Source of the DNA: a virus
Taxonomy: Duplodnaviria; Heunggongvirae; Uroviricota; Caudoviricetes
DNA length: 64,000 nucleotides
Strand: one strand, 5' to 3'
IMG/VR virus record: IMGVR_UViG_3300023371_000089
Coordinates: 1 to 64,000 of that record
Under the pieces are notes generated by a model. It was not told where the DNA came from and searched no databases. It saw only the letters and a list, made by a program, of their open reading frames with translations. Shown one piece after another: positions 27,421 to 35,086 of this stretch. The number at the start of each line of letters is the position of its first letter. Position 1 is the stretch's first letter. The position numbers and the translations under genes are program-made.

Positions 27421-28583
27421 GCGACCACGGCGCTCTCCATCACGATTATTGGTGCGACAATCCATCTGACTTGTATACATCGGAGAAACTGTTTCCACCT
27501 GCTTGCCCGCAAGTGGTGCCTTGTAAGTCAATATACGTTTAAATTCATAAAATGGAATCTGAGATAAAGCATTGTTATGCTTCGCTCTCTTGTACCCCTC
27601 ACTGGTACGTGAAGTTTTCTTTTTAATCTTTGTGAGGTCTTCCATCACAATGATGGAAGCATTTGTACTATTAATGAGTACTTTACTTGCACGATAACAC
27701 ATGTCCTTAGAGAGGTTGCGTTCCTTGTTGCGAACTTTCTTAAGGTGGCGCTTTGCTGATTTGGTACCTTTCTCTTGTAGTTTACGCTTAAGATAACGGA
27801 TGTCCCTACGCTTCTTAAGATATGTTGTATCTTTAAATGCCTTACCCTCTGAGGTAACAAATATCATTCTTGCACCGAGGTCAACACCTATGCACTCCTC
27901 AGAATGTAATGGTTTTTCAGGTACTTCGAAGGGTACTGAAAGGAAGAAATTCCCGTTTCTATAGAATATTGTAGGGTCATATGCCTTATAAGTACTAAGC
28001 ATTTCTTTTGCCTTAGGATAGACATTAAAAGGTACGAAAGTACGTTTGTTTTTCTGTGCCCCAGTAATGGTTATTCCTTCAGATGTAAGCACTCCGTAGA
28101 GGCGTTTATCGAGGGTCATTGTTAATGATTTTCTCTGTGGTACTTCAGCGTTCTTATGTTTGTTTGCTTTAATTGATTTCAAAGCAGACGCTGCTGCTTG
28201 TTCGCACTTGATTACCATCTGTGAAGATAAAGCAGGAAACTCTGTCCTAATTACGTTATAACACGCCTCGTGTACTTTTTTAAGTGACAGTGTTATTTTG
28301 TTATCATGTAGAATACGTGTACACCTATTGTACGCATCTCTTGCACATACAAGAAGATTGTACCAATGCGTTGCATTGGTATCATCCATTATTAGAGGTA
28401 TGTTATAGGTTTGTACAATCATAGCATTCACGTATGTGATTTCTATATATAAATATTATAATAAATTAAAAAGTTTTATTTTTTTTTAAAAGTTATATAT
28501 TTACATTAAGAAAATAATGTTTAACCAAAAAGGGTTTAATCGTAGTTCCTCTCCACCCTAAAGGATGGAGTTTCCCTACGATA
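27221..28583 (-). mobile_element. IS200/IS605-family insertion sequence of the tnpB-only (IS1341-like) type. There is no tnpA.
   Basis: A TnpB ORF flanked by subterminal hairpins with similar loops. The right end at 27221-27240 reads CACCC-acctaaagga-GGGTG. The left end at 28551-28570 reads CTCCA-ccctaaagga-TGGAG, nested inside atcgtag...ctacgat (28538-28583). No Y1 transposase ORF fits between the ends. Confidence 0.65.
27256..28431 (-). CDS. tnpB: TnpB (IS605 OrfB family, RuvC-like RNA-guided endonuclease).
   Basis: RuvC-I IGVDLGARMIF, RuvC-II SIIVMEDL, RuvC-III FDSDWNAAINIGQR. The Zn finger is incomplete (2 Cys). The N-terminal domain is typical of this family. Confidence 0.85.
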   Translation of the reverse strand: MNAMIVQTYNIPLIMDDTNATHWYNLLVCARDAYNRCTRILHDNKITLSLKKVHEACYNVIRTEFPALSSQMVIKCEQAAASALKSIKANKHKNAEVPQRKSLTMTLDKRLYGVLTSEGITITGAQKNKRTFVPFNVYPKAKEMLSTYKAYDPTIFYRNGNFFLSVPFEVPEKPLHSEECIGVDLGARMIFVTSEGKAFKDTTYLKKRRDIRYLKRKLQEKGTKSAKRHLKKVRNKERNLSKDMCYRASKVLINSTNASIIVMEDLTKIKKKTSRTSEGYKRAKHNNALSQIPFYEFKRILTYKAPLAGKQVETVSPMYTSQMDCRTNNRDGERRGRRYICVDGVVFDSDWNAAINIGQRSNHPVSSFLPIEGQLVILTGREQSTSQSTCL

Positions 28584-28743
28584 AATTTATATGAAAAAAT
28601 AAGGAATTAACCAAAGTCTCAAACCGATTAATTTCAAATGTGTTTTAGTACGTTCTGTCATAAAATCATAATTTAACATTCTCAGGGCAAATATACAAAA
28701 ACCATGCCAAACCTAAAAAAATTCTTTTTTTTGCTACTTATAT

Positions 28744-28778
28744 AAAAAACGGGACCTGTCGTGAGACACATCCCGTTT
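28744..28778 (-). terminator. Rho-independent terminator downstream of the flotillin gene. It is copy 2 of the identical 35-bp hairpin.
   Basis: aaaaaacgggacctgtcgtgagacacatcccgttt, identical to 13193-13228. The upstream context tacttaTaTa matches tacttaCaCa at the first copy. Confidence 0.65.
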
Positions 28779-28797
28779 ACTTCTATTATATCAACAT

Positions 28798-30357
28798 TTA
28801 GTCGTGAAGAATCTGTTTACCCGTTGCTTCAACCTCAACATGTCCACCCTTAAGCGAAACATTTCTATCGGTCTTAGCATTAATTGTGTGGGACTCAAGA
28901 ATCTTAGAAAGGTCCACGCCTGTCGCATTGGAAACCGTATCAAATGTCTGTTTGATGACCATTGGGACATTTGCTGATACGCCTGAGACACCATTATTAT
29001 CACCGCCACCATAAATGGTAACATTATCAATTGACTTGATTGGTTCAGCAACGTTCTTGGCCATGTCAGGAAGAATACCAACAAGCATTTCAACAATTGC
29101 AGCATCATTATACTTCTGATAAGCGTCGGCTTTCTTGTTCATTGCTTCAGCCTCAGCCTCACCCTTCTTAAGAATTGCATAAGCCTCAGCTTCACCCTTA
29201 GCCTTGATACCGAGAGCCTCCTGTTCCATCTTAAACTTAAGTGCCTCAGCCTCCGCTCTCATAGCCTTTGCCCTCTGCTCAGCCTCATATGTCTCTGCTT
29301 CAGCCTTTCTCTTGCGCTGTTCAAGTTCTGCTGCAGCCGCAACTTCCTTATGATACTTATCAGCATCAGCCTTCTTATTTACTTCCGCCTCAAGAGTCTT
29401 CTGCATGATGGCAATTTCCTGAGCCTTCAATTCCTGTGTCTTGGCAGCCTTTTCAACCTCCGCCTCAACCTGCTTTGCATTGATTTCCTTGCGTCTTTCA
29501 GCCTCAATAAGAGCCTCGGCAGCATGTGCCTCAACGGTCTTCACCTTAATGGTCTTTGCCTGTTCCTGCTTCTGAATTTCATATGCAGCATCAGCCTCAG
29601 CACGTTTGATGTCTTCCGAAATCTTAAGTTCTGACTTCTTGATTGCAAGCTCATTGTTTTTCTCAGCAATCTTCGTCTCCGACGCAACACGTGCATCATT
29701 TGATTCCTGAAGAGCCTGAGCCTCTGCTACCTTCACATCCTTTGTGGCCTGTGCCTTATTAATGGCAGCCTCCTTAGTAATCTTGCATGTATTATCAGCA
29801 CCGAGAGCCTCAATAAGCCCCTCACGGTCAGTTACTGACTGAATATTACATGAAAGAATTTCAATACCCAGGCGTTCCATATCAACAGCAGCCTTCTTCT
29901 GAATCTGATTAGAGAAACCATCACGGTCTGTGTTAAGGGCGCGTAAGTCGAGTGTTCCAACAATCTCACGCATATTACCCTGAAGAACATCCTTCACCTG
30001 ATGAGATATCATCTCAGGAGACATATTAAGAAAGTTCGCACTTGCAAGCCTAATCCCATCTTCAGTTGGCATAATTCTAACCTTTGCCACAGCATCCACA
30101 TCTACATTGATGAAGTCTGAGGTTGGGACAGGGGTTGTTGTCTTTACATCAACTGTAATCTGTCCGGTATAAACCTTATCAAGTTTCTGAAAGAACGGAA
30201 TCCTAAATCCACCTGAACCAATAAGAATTTTAGGCTTTTTAGTAAGTCCTGATATAATATAAGCAATCTGTGGCGATGTCTTAACATAAGACGCAAAAAT
30301 AAAAAGGACAAGGAATGCCACAATTCCAATGACCACATAAGTAAGTGTACTTGACAT
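28798..30357 (-). CDS. Flotillin-like SPFH/band-7 protein (FloT/YqiK-type).
   Basis: An N-terminal transmembrane segment, then an SPFH core (...ILIGSGGFRIPFFQKLDKVYTGQITVDV...), then a long Ala/Glu/Lys-rich coiled coil (EAEAE repeats). Confidence 0.8.
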   Translation of the reverse strand: MSSTLTYVVIGIVAFLVLFIFASYVKTSPQIAYIISGLTKKPKILIGSGGFRIPFFQKLDKVYTGQITVDVKTTTPVPTSDFINVDVDAVAKVRIMPTEDGIRLASANFLNMSPEMISHQVKDVLQGNMREIVGTLDLRALNTDRDGFSNQIQKKAAVDMERLGIEILSCNIQSVTDREGLIEALGADNTCKITKEAAINKAQATKDVKVAEAQALQESNDARVASETKIAEKNNELAIKKSELKISEDIKRAEADAAYEIQKQEQAKTIKVKTVEAHAAEALIEAERRKEINAKQVEAEVEKAAKTQELKAQEIAIMQKTLEAEVNKKADADKYHKEVAAAAELEQRKRKAEAETYEAEQRAKAMRAEAEALKFKMEQEALGIKAKGEAEAYAILKKGEAEAEAMNKKADAYQKYNDAAIVEMLVGILPDMAKNVAEPIKSIDNVTIYGGGDNNGVSGVSANVPMVIKQTFDTVSNATGVDLSKILESHTINAKTDRNVSLKGGHVEVEATGKQILHD

Positions 30358-30376
30358 ATATTTAAAAAATTAAAAA

Positions 30377-30757
30377 TTATTTCCTATTTTTCTTTTCATT
30401 CCTAAGTTCAACAACAGTCATAACTGCGTAATTAGCAAGGTCAAGAAGAGTATCTTCAACGGATTCGTCCTTTACCTGAATCTGTCCTTTCTCATAAATG
30501 TTTTCAAGACGTTCCATCTTATCCGACAGCCTTAACAAGGCTGTAAGAAAACCCCATTTCTTAAATCTCTTATGGAAATTATTTCCATAATCGGCATTCT
30601 TTTTAGCATGAACAACGTCCATTTCATGCAGAACATCATTAAAGTAATCAACATATTCATCAGAAGCAGTTTCTTCTACAGGCAATTCAACGTAATCACT
30701 TCCATAATCTTTTGCAAGATTATCACCACTAAGTGTAAAACAATCGTAATTCTCCAT
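30377..30757 (-). CDS. MazG-like nucleotide pyrophosphohydrolase. Start taken at the ATG at 30757 (MENYD...).
   Basis: ...FHKRFKKWGFLTALLRLSDKMERLE...DESVEDTLLDLANYAVM follows the MazG EExxD/ELgDxL pattern. The upstream portion of the longer ORF looks non-coding. Confidence 0.5.
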   Translation of the reverse strand: MENYDCFTLSGDNLAKDYGSDYVELPVEETASDEYVDYFNDVLHEMDVVHAKKNADYGNNFHKRFKKWGFLTALLRLSDKMERLENIYEKGQIQVKDESVEDTLLDLANYAVMTVVELRNEKKNRK

Positions 30758-30807
30758 TTCTTTTTTTTTTCGCAAAGATAGAAACTTTTTAGTAGAAAAC
30801 AAAAAAA

Positions 30808-30840
30808 CTCCAACGTTTCTTGCGCAGGGAACCGTTGGAG
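30808..30840 (-). terminator. Hairpin with a T-run on the minus strand, upstream of mazG.
   Basis: CTCCAACG-tttcttgcgcagggaac-CGTTGGAG. The minus-strand reading is followed by TTTTTTT. Confidence 0.4.
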
Positions 30841-30946
30841 AGAAAAATGATATAGTGTGGTTAGAAACCGATGTGGCGGTTATTTGACGATAAATATCGT
30901 TCAAAATAAAAAAATCGCACTATTTATTATAAAAATTGAATTTATC

Positions 30947-31090
30947 ATGGCATGTGCTTGTAAAAATAGTAAAAAAAATGTACAACCGGTAAAACAGGTT
31001 CAGAAAACCGTTAATAAACCAATTTCCCCAAGAACATCTCAAAAAGTAACAAAAACTGGAAAAAGAGTCATCATACGTCGCCCCATTTAA
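30947..31090 (+). CDS. Possible small, highly basic peptide (47 aa) antisense to the minus-strand block. Its coding status is doubtful.
   Basis: MACACKNSKKNVQPVKQVQKTVNKPISPRTSQKVTKTGKRVIIRRPI. It lies in a 250-nt region with no minus-strand ORF. Confidence 0.2.
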   Translation: MACACKNSKKNVQPVKQVQKTVNKPISPRTSQKVTKTGKRVIIRRPI

Positions 31091-31515
31091 ACGTATTTTT
31101 CAAGCCACCTGAATTTAACTGAAGGTCTCCACTGTCGCCATGTTGTGTTAGCAAGATTATATCCAATAAGGACCTTTCCAACGCATTTCATCTTCACAGG
31201 AGCCTTTACCCAAACTTCTCTTGTGAACTCAGCATCCCATACCTGTTTTTCAGTTGGGATAACTATTTTATCATCAGGGACCGATTCAATATTCTCAGGA
31301 ACATGAACATACATCTCTTCGTATGCCCCATCAAAATTAATACCGAGGAATGCACCTGAAATGGTTTTAGAAAAGCATATTCGTTTTGTCTTTTTATCCT
31401 CAAGTTGTTCACATTCATAATCGCCTATAATGATATTATCAGGCACTCTTGGTTTAAATACTTCACCGTCATGATTTGCATGGCTAAGGTGATATAGTTT
31501 ATTAATTTTTCTCAT
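31087..31515 (-). CDS. Hypothetical protein, 142 aa.
   Basis: Long ORF. Confidence 0.45.
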   Translation of the reverse strand: MRKINKLYHLSHANHDGEVFKPRVPDNIIIGDYECEQLEDKKTKRICFSKTISGAFLGINFDGAYEEMYVHVPENIESVPDDKIVIPTEKQVWDAEFTREVWVKAPVKMKCVGKVLIGYNLANTTWRQWRPSVKFRWLEKYV

Positions 31516-31685
31516 GACAATTTTCTATAAAATTTTTCAATTCTGCTTTCTTCAATAAAAAACACTTTATTGGTATTCTTTCCAACTAAAGTCAACTCTT
31601 TATCATTAATTTCAACCAATTCAAAAACATCGTCAGAGTAGCCTTTGGCTAAATAACAATCCCCTACTTTATGTTCAATCCCCAT
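31512..31685 (-). CDS. Small hypothetical protein (57 aa), below the ORF-track cutoff. It is translationally coupled (ATGA) to the downstream gene.
   Basis: MGIEHKVGDCYLAKGYSDDVFELVEINDKELTLVGKNTNKVFFIEESRIEKFYRKLS. Confidence 0.3.
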   Translation of the reverse strand: MGIEHKVGDCYLAKGYSDDVFELVEINDKELTLVGKNTNKVFFIEESRIEKFYRKLS

Positions 31686-31873
31686 ATTTTATATGTTTGG
31701 TTTTAAATGGCAAAAATCCAAAATAGCAATCTTTGCATAACAATGTATGCAACCACATAATAGGATTCCAATAGAATATATAGAGAAGTCCCGTTTTCGA
31801 ACTTCTCCAATATATCCCTCGTTTATCAACATGGTCATAAACCATTGGTTCAAAGTGAAATCTACCCATATTT

Positions 31874-32563
31874 CTACTTCTTTCTGATTACTGAATCAAT
31901 AAGGCCAAATTCAACAGCCTCATCCGCAGTATACCACCTATCCAACTTACAAAGTTCTGCAATTTCGTCAATAGGCCTGTTTGTATTTTCCGCAAGAATC
32001 TGATAAAGAGTATTCTTACACTTCTCCATCTGTTCATACTCAACACGAAGGTCCTCAGCTTTAATCCTTCCAATCCCGGTTGATGGCTGATGAATCATAA
32101 CCTCTGAATGTGGGAGTGAATATCTTTTTCCTGACGCCCCCGAAGACAAAAGAACTGCAGCCATTGATGCACATGTTCCCATGCAATAAGTTGAAACATC
32201 AGGTGTTACAAAATTCATGATATCATATAACATCAAGCCACTTGCGACACTTCCCCCAGGGGAATTAATATATAGTTTAATATCTTCGGTTTCATCCACA
32301 GAGTTAAGGAACATCAACTGTGAAGCAAGGATATTAGCACTATCAGAAGTAACCTCAGTTCCAAGGAAAAGAATACGGTCCTTAAACAGACGGCTAAATA
32401 CAGACATCTGCGTTACATTCATCTCACGTTCCTCAAGAATGTATGGCTCCACGTATCCACCATTGGTTCTCTGAAGATACTTATCATATTCATTCAACTT
32501 ATTACTACCAATACCATACTCTGAACGAGCAAAAAGTTCATAATCTTTTCTAAATTTATCCAT
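31874..32563 (-). CDS. clpP: ATP-dependent Clp protease proteolytic subunit (ClpP) homologue.
   Basis: Full ClpP fold with the catalytic triad in context: MGTCASMAAVLL (Ser), MIHQPS (His), LDRWYTADEA (Asp). Confidence 0.85.
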   Translation of the reverse strand: MDKFRKDYELFARSEYGIGSNKLNEYDKYLQRTNGGYVEPYILEEREMNVTQMSVFSRLFKDRILFLGTEVTSDSANILASQLMFLNSVDETEDIKLYINSPGGSVASGLMLYDIMNFVTPDVSTYCMGTCASMAAVLLSSGASGKRYSLPHSEVMIHQPSTGIGRIKAEDLRVEYEQMEKCKNTLYQILAENTNRPIDEIAELCKLDRWYTADEAVEFGLIDSVIRKK

Positions 32564-32574
32564 ATTTTTTTTTA

Positions 32575-33426
32575 TTAAATGTTAATCAATATCTCTTTAT
32601 CTTCCTCAATATCAGTTTCTGATTCGATTATGAACTTATAAAAACCATAATCTTCATTTTTCACTTCAACAAGTTTATATGTGCATTTTTCAACATCCCA
32701 CACGACATATCCGTGCCCATAAATGCTTTCACCGTTATTCTGTTGAATCAATGAGCCACAGTACACAGCCTTAACACCATTCTTCTTTATCTCCTGATGT
32801 TTATGTATATGTCCTGCAATAACAAAATCAAGGCCCTCAAAAATGCTTGCATCAAGTCCATTTTCAGTCACTCTATTGGTATGAGATACCGCGCCATTAA
32901 TATCAGCATGAATTACACCAACATAAGTCTTGTTTTCCCCATATTCTGACTTAGCCCATTCAATGTCAGGGCGATTGAAATCATCAAATGATGAATAAAG
33001 ACACCAAACAATGTTATCATCCACATACATTCCCGAAGTGTATTCAGTGTAAGAATCAAGATAAACCACATCTTCATTGCCTGCAATTTCTATAACAGGG
33101 GTCAATGAATCAACACGAGACTTATTGTTCATTAGAAAATCATGATTTCCACAAATCACAATTACCTTTGCCACTTTAGATAATGAATTTAAAAACCATG
33201 ATACCGCAAGATTAGCCTCATTTGATACTGTTATCTTATTTTCAAAGATATCACCGGCCACAACAATTCTTACTTCATCCCTTTCAAATCCACCATCTTC
33301 CATATCAATATGACATTTATTAATGAATTTGTTAAGCATGTCATAAGTCTCATCCATTCTTTTAAGATTGCGGATGTGAATATCCGCACAAGCAATAATT
33401 TTCTTTACCATGTTGCAAATATACAA
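32575..33426 (-). CDS. Mre11/SbcD-like (T4 gp47-like) metallophosphoesterase nuclease.
   Basis: Motifs CADIHI, VVAGDIFEN, ICGNHDF, VIHADINGA and IAGHIHKHQ. Confidence 0.7.
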   Translation of the reverse strand: MYICNMVKKIIACADIHIRNLKRMDETYDMLNKFINKCHIDMEDGGFERDEVRIVVAGDIFENKITVSNEANLAVSWFLNSLSKVAKVIVICGNHDFLMNNKSRVDSLTPVIEIAGNEDVVYLDSYTEYTSGMYVDDNIVWCLYSSFDDFNRPDIEWAKSEYGENKTYVGVIHADINGAVSHTNRVTENGLDASIFEGLDFVIAGHIHKHQEIKKNGVKAVYCGSLIQQNNGESIYGHGYVVWDVEKCTYKLVEVKNEDYGFYKFIIESETDIEEDKEILINI

Positions 33427-33433
33427 ATATTAT

Positions 33434-34435
33434 TCAAATCAGCAAATCAATTTCATCAAATTTTTTCGCAGATTTAATTGTTTCAATAATTCCTTTTTTC
33501 CCCAAAGCCTCATATACCTCACCGAAATCTTTATATTCATTGAGTTCAATATACTTTATTCTACCTCGTAATCTCCCCACATTAAGAAGATTATATATTC
33601 TCTTCGTTTCTTCTATAGTGGTATCCGAATCAAGACATATTATAATATCAGCATTGGCTTTGGAATACAGTTTTTTATATAATTCACTATCTTTCAACAA
33701 AAATTTACCGAGCATTGAAATAGCATTATTATAATAGATACAATCAAGAGCACCTTCAACCAGAACTATATCGGCATCGAAATTAATTAAACTTTCTTGG
33801 AAGACTATTTCTTTTTTATCAGCATCGCAATTCTTGTATTTCGTTTTCTTTTCGTATCCGGAAAAATCTCGCGACACCCAATAATTAAGGAACCCATATT
33901 CATCATAAGACGGAATTACAATCCTGTTTCTCATTGTCCATGTCTCACCATCCCATTGTGTATAGCCTATATTGAAACGGTCAACGATATCCTGCGTTAT
34001 TTGGCGTTTTTCGAGGTAATTTTTAAGTTTTTTACTCTTAAGTGATGAAATATCTATCTTGGTATAAGTTTCTGGCAATTTAAGTGTTTTTCCATTCTTA
34101 TCTGTATTGCCATATATCTCATCCATATACGACGACAAGTCGTACATTTTACTCTCTCTAATGGATTTTATTTCTTCCTCATATATCTTGAATTTTTCTT
34201 TACCACCATATCGTCGTATTAAATACGAAAGGTTCCCCTTCCCGTCACAAGCCCAACAATGATACTTGCCAATGGCAAATGAAACCTCAAGATTATATTT
34301 CCCATCGGGCCCACCTTTTTCCTCAGCACAATCCATTATGCAATTGAACTGATACTGTGAACACCCTTTCATGTATCCACCCTGCTTTGATTCACCTAAA
34401 ATTGAAACTAAAATATTATAAATCTTCTGAAACAT
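33434..34435 (-). CDS. DnaG-type DNA primase with a Zn-ribbon and a TOPRIM domain. Start probably at an internal Met, because the longest ORF overlaps the upstream gene.
   Basis: Zn-binding CSQYQFNC...C..C.../HCWACDGKGN. TOPRIM motifs IVLVEGALDCIY (E) and IICLDSDTT (DxD). Confidence 0.7.
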   Translation of the reverse strand: MFQKIYNILVSILGESKQGGYMKGCSQYQFNCIMDCAEEKGGPDGKYNLEVSFAIGKYHCWACDGKGNLSYLIRRYGGKEKFKIYEEEIKSIRESKMYDLSSYMDEIYGNTDKNGKTLKLPETYTKIDISSLKSKKLKNYLEKRQITQDIVDRFNIGYTQWDGETWTMRNRIVIPSYDEYGFLNYWVSRDFSGYEKKTKYKNCDADKKEIVFQESLINFDADIVLVEGALDCIYYNNAISMLGKFLLKDSELYKKLYSKANADIIICLDSDTTIEETKRIYNLLNVGRLRGRIKYIELNEYKDFGEVYEALGKKGIIETIKSAKKFDEIDLLI

Positions 34436-34535
34436 TTGATAAAAAATTTTTCGCAAATATAGTGATAAAATATTAAAAAAACAAAAGGAAGACCGAAGTC
34501 CTCCTTTATATTCACTTATTTTATATACTCTGCCA

Positions 34536-35000
34536 TCAATATGTGCCGCAATCAACTTCATCATAGGTCCTGATTTGGCCATTCACAATCAGATATGATT
34601 TATAATCTCTGTTTTTAACTCTGACTGACATGCCATCTTCAAAACGTTTTGTTTTTGTTGTCTGAGAATATCCTGTATCGTCCCTCTCTACCCCAATCTC
34701 AACAATATAATATGTTGCGGAGGTTATTCCGTTGGCATCTTCACCAACGAGGTAACGGTCACCCGGATTCAACATGCTGGGTAATGCGGACACAATATCA
34801 ATAACAGGTAAAAGTTGCCCAGTTGGTTCTGTTATAAGATTATCACCGAAATACTCTCTCCAAGTGATAACTCCCGTTTCCGAATCAACCGACTTTACTG
34901 AATATCGGGTCCAATAATCCAACATATTAGCCTTAGCCAATAAATTATACCCTTCCTCAGTACCTCTCCAAAATTTTACCATGTTTTTGTTTTCTGCCAT
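34536..35000 (-). CDS. Hypothetical (possibly structural) protein. Start taken at MAENKN.
   Basis: Long ORF. The longer alternative start lies inside the C/G homopolymer hairpin. Confidence 0.45.
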   Translation of the reverse strand: MAENKNMVKFWRGTEEGYNLLAKANMLDYWTRYSVKSVDSETGVITWREYFGDNLITEPTGQLLPVIDIVSALPSMLNPGDRYLVGEDANGITSATYYIVEIGVERDDTGYSQTTKTKRFEDGMSVRVKNRDYKSYLIVNGQIRTYDEVDCGTY

Positions 35001-35029
35001 TTTGCCCAAAAACTTACTCGTTTTTATTA

Positions 35030-35080
35030 ATGGCCATCCCCCCATAGAACTATCCTAATGGGGGGGGGGTAGCCATTTAT
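35030..35080. repeat. Imperfect hairpin containing a C6 tract and a G10 homopolymer tract (35060-35069).
   Basis: ggccatcccccc-atagaactatcctaat-ggggggggggtagcc, between the stop of the fibre gene at 35087 and the start of the gene at 34536. Confidence 0.6.
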
Positions 35081-35086
35081 TAATTA

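Noticed and set aside
27228-27860. ORFs at 27228-27512 and 27645-27860 from the six-frame track
   Set aside because: They lie antisense to, or out of frame within, tnpB and its putative omega-RNA region. They have low-complexity composition and are most likely non-coding.
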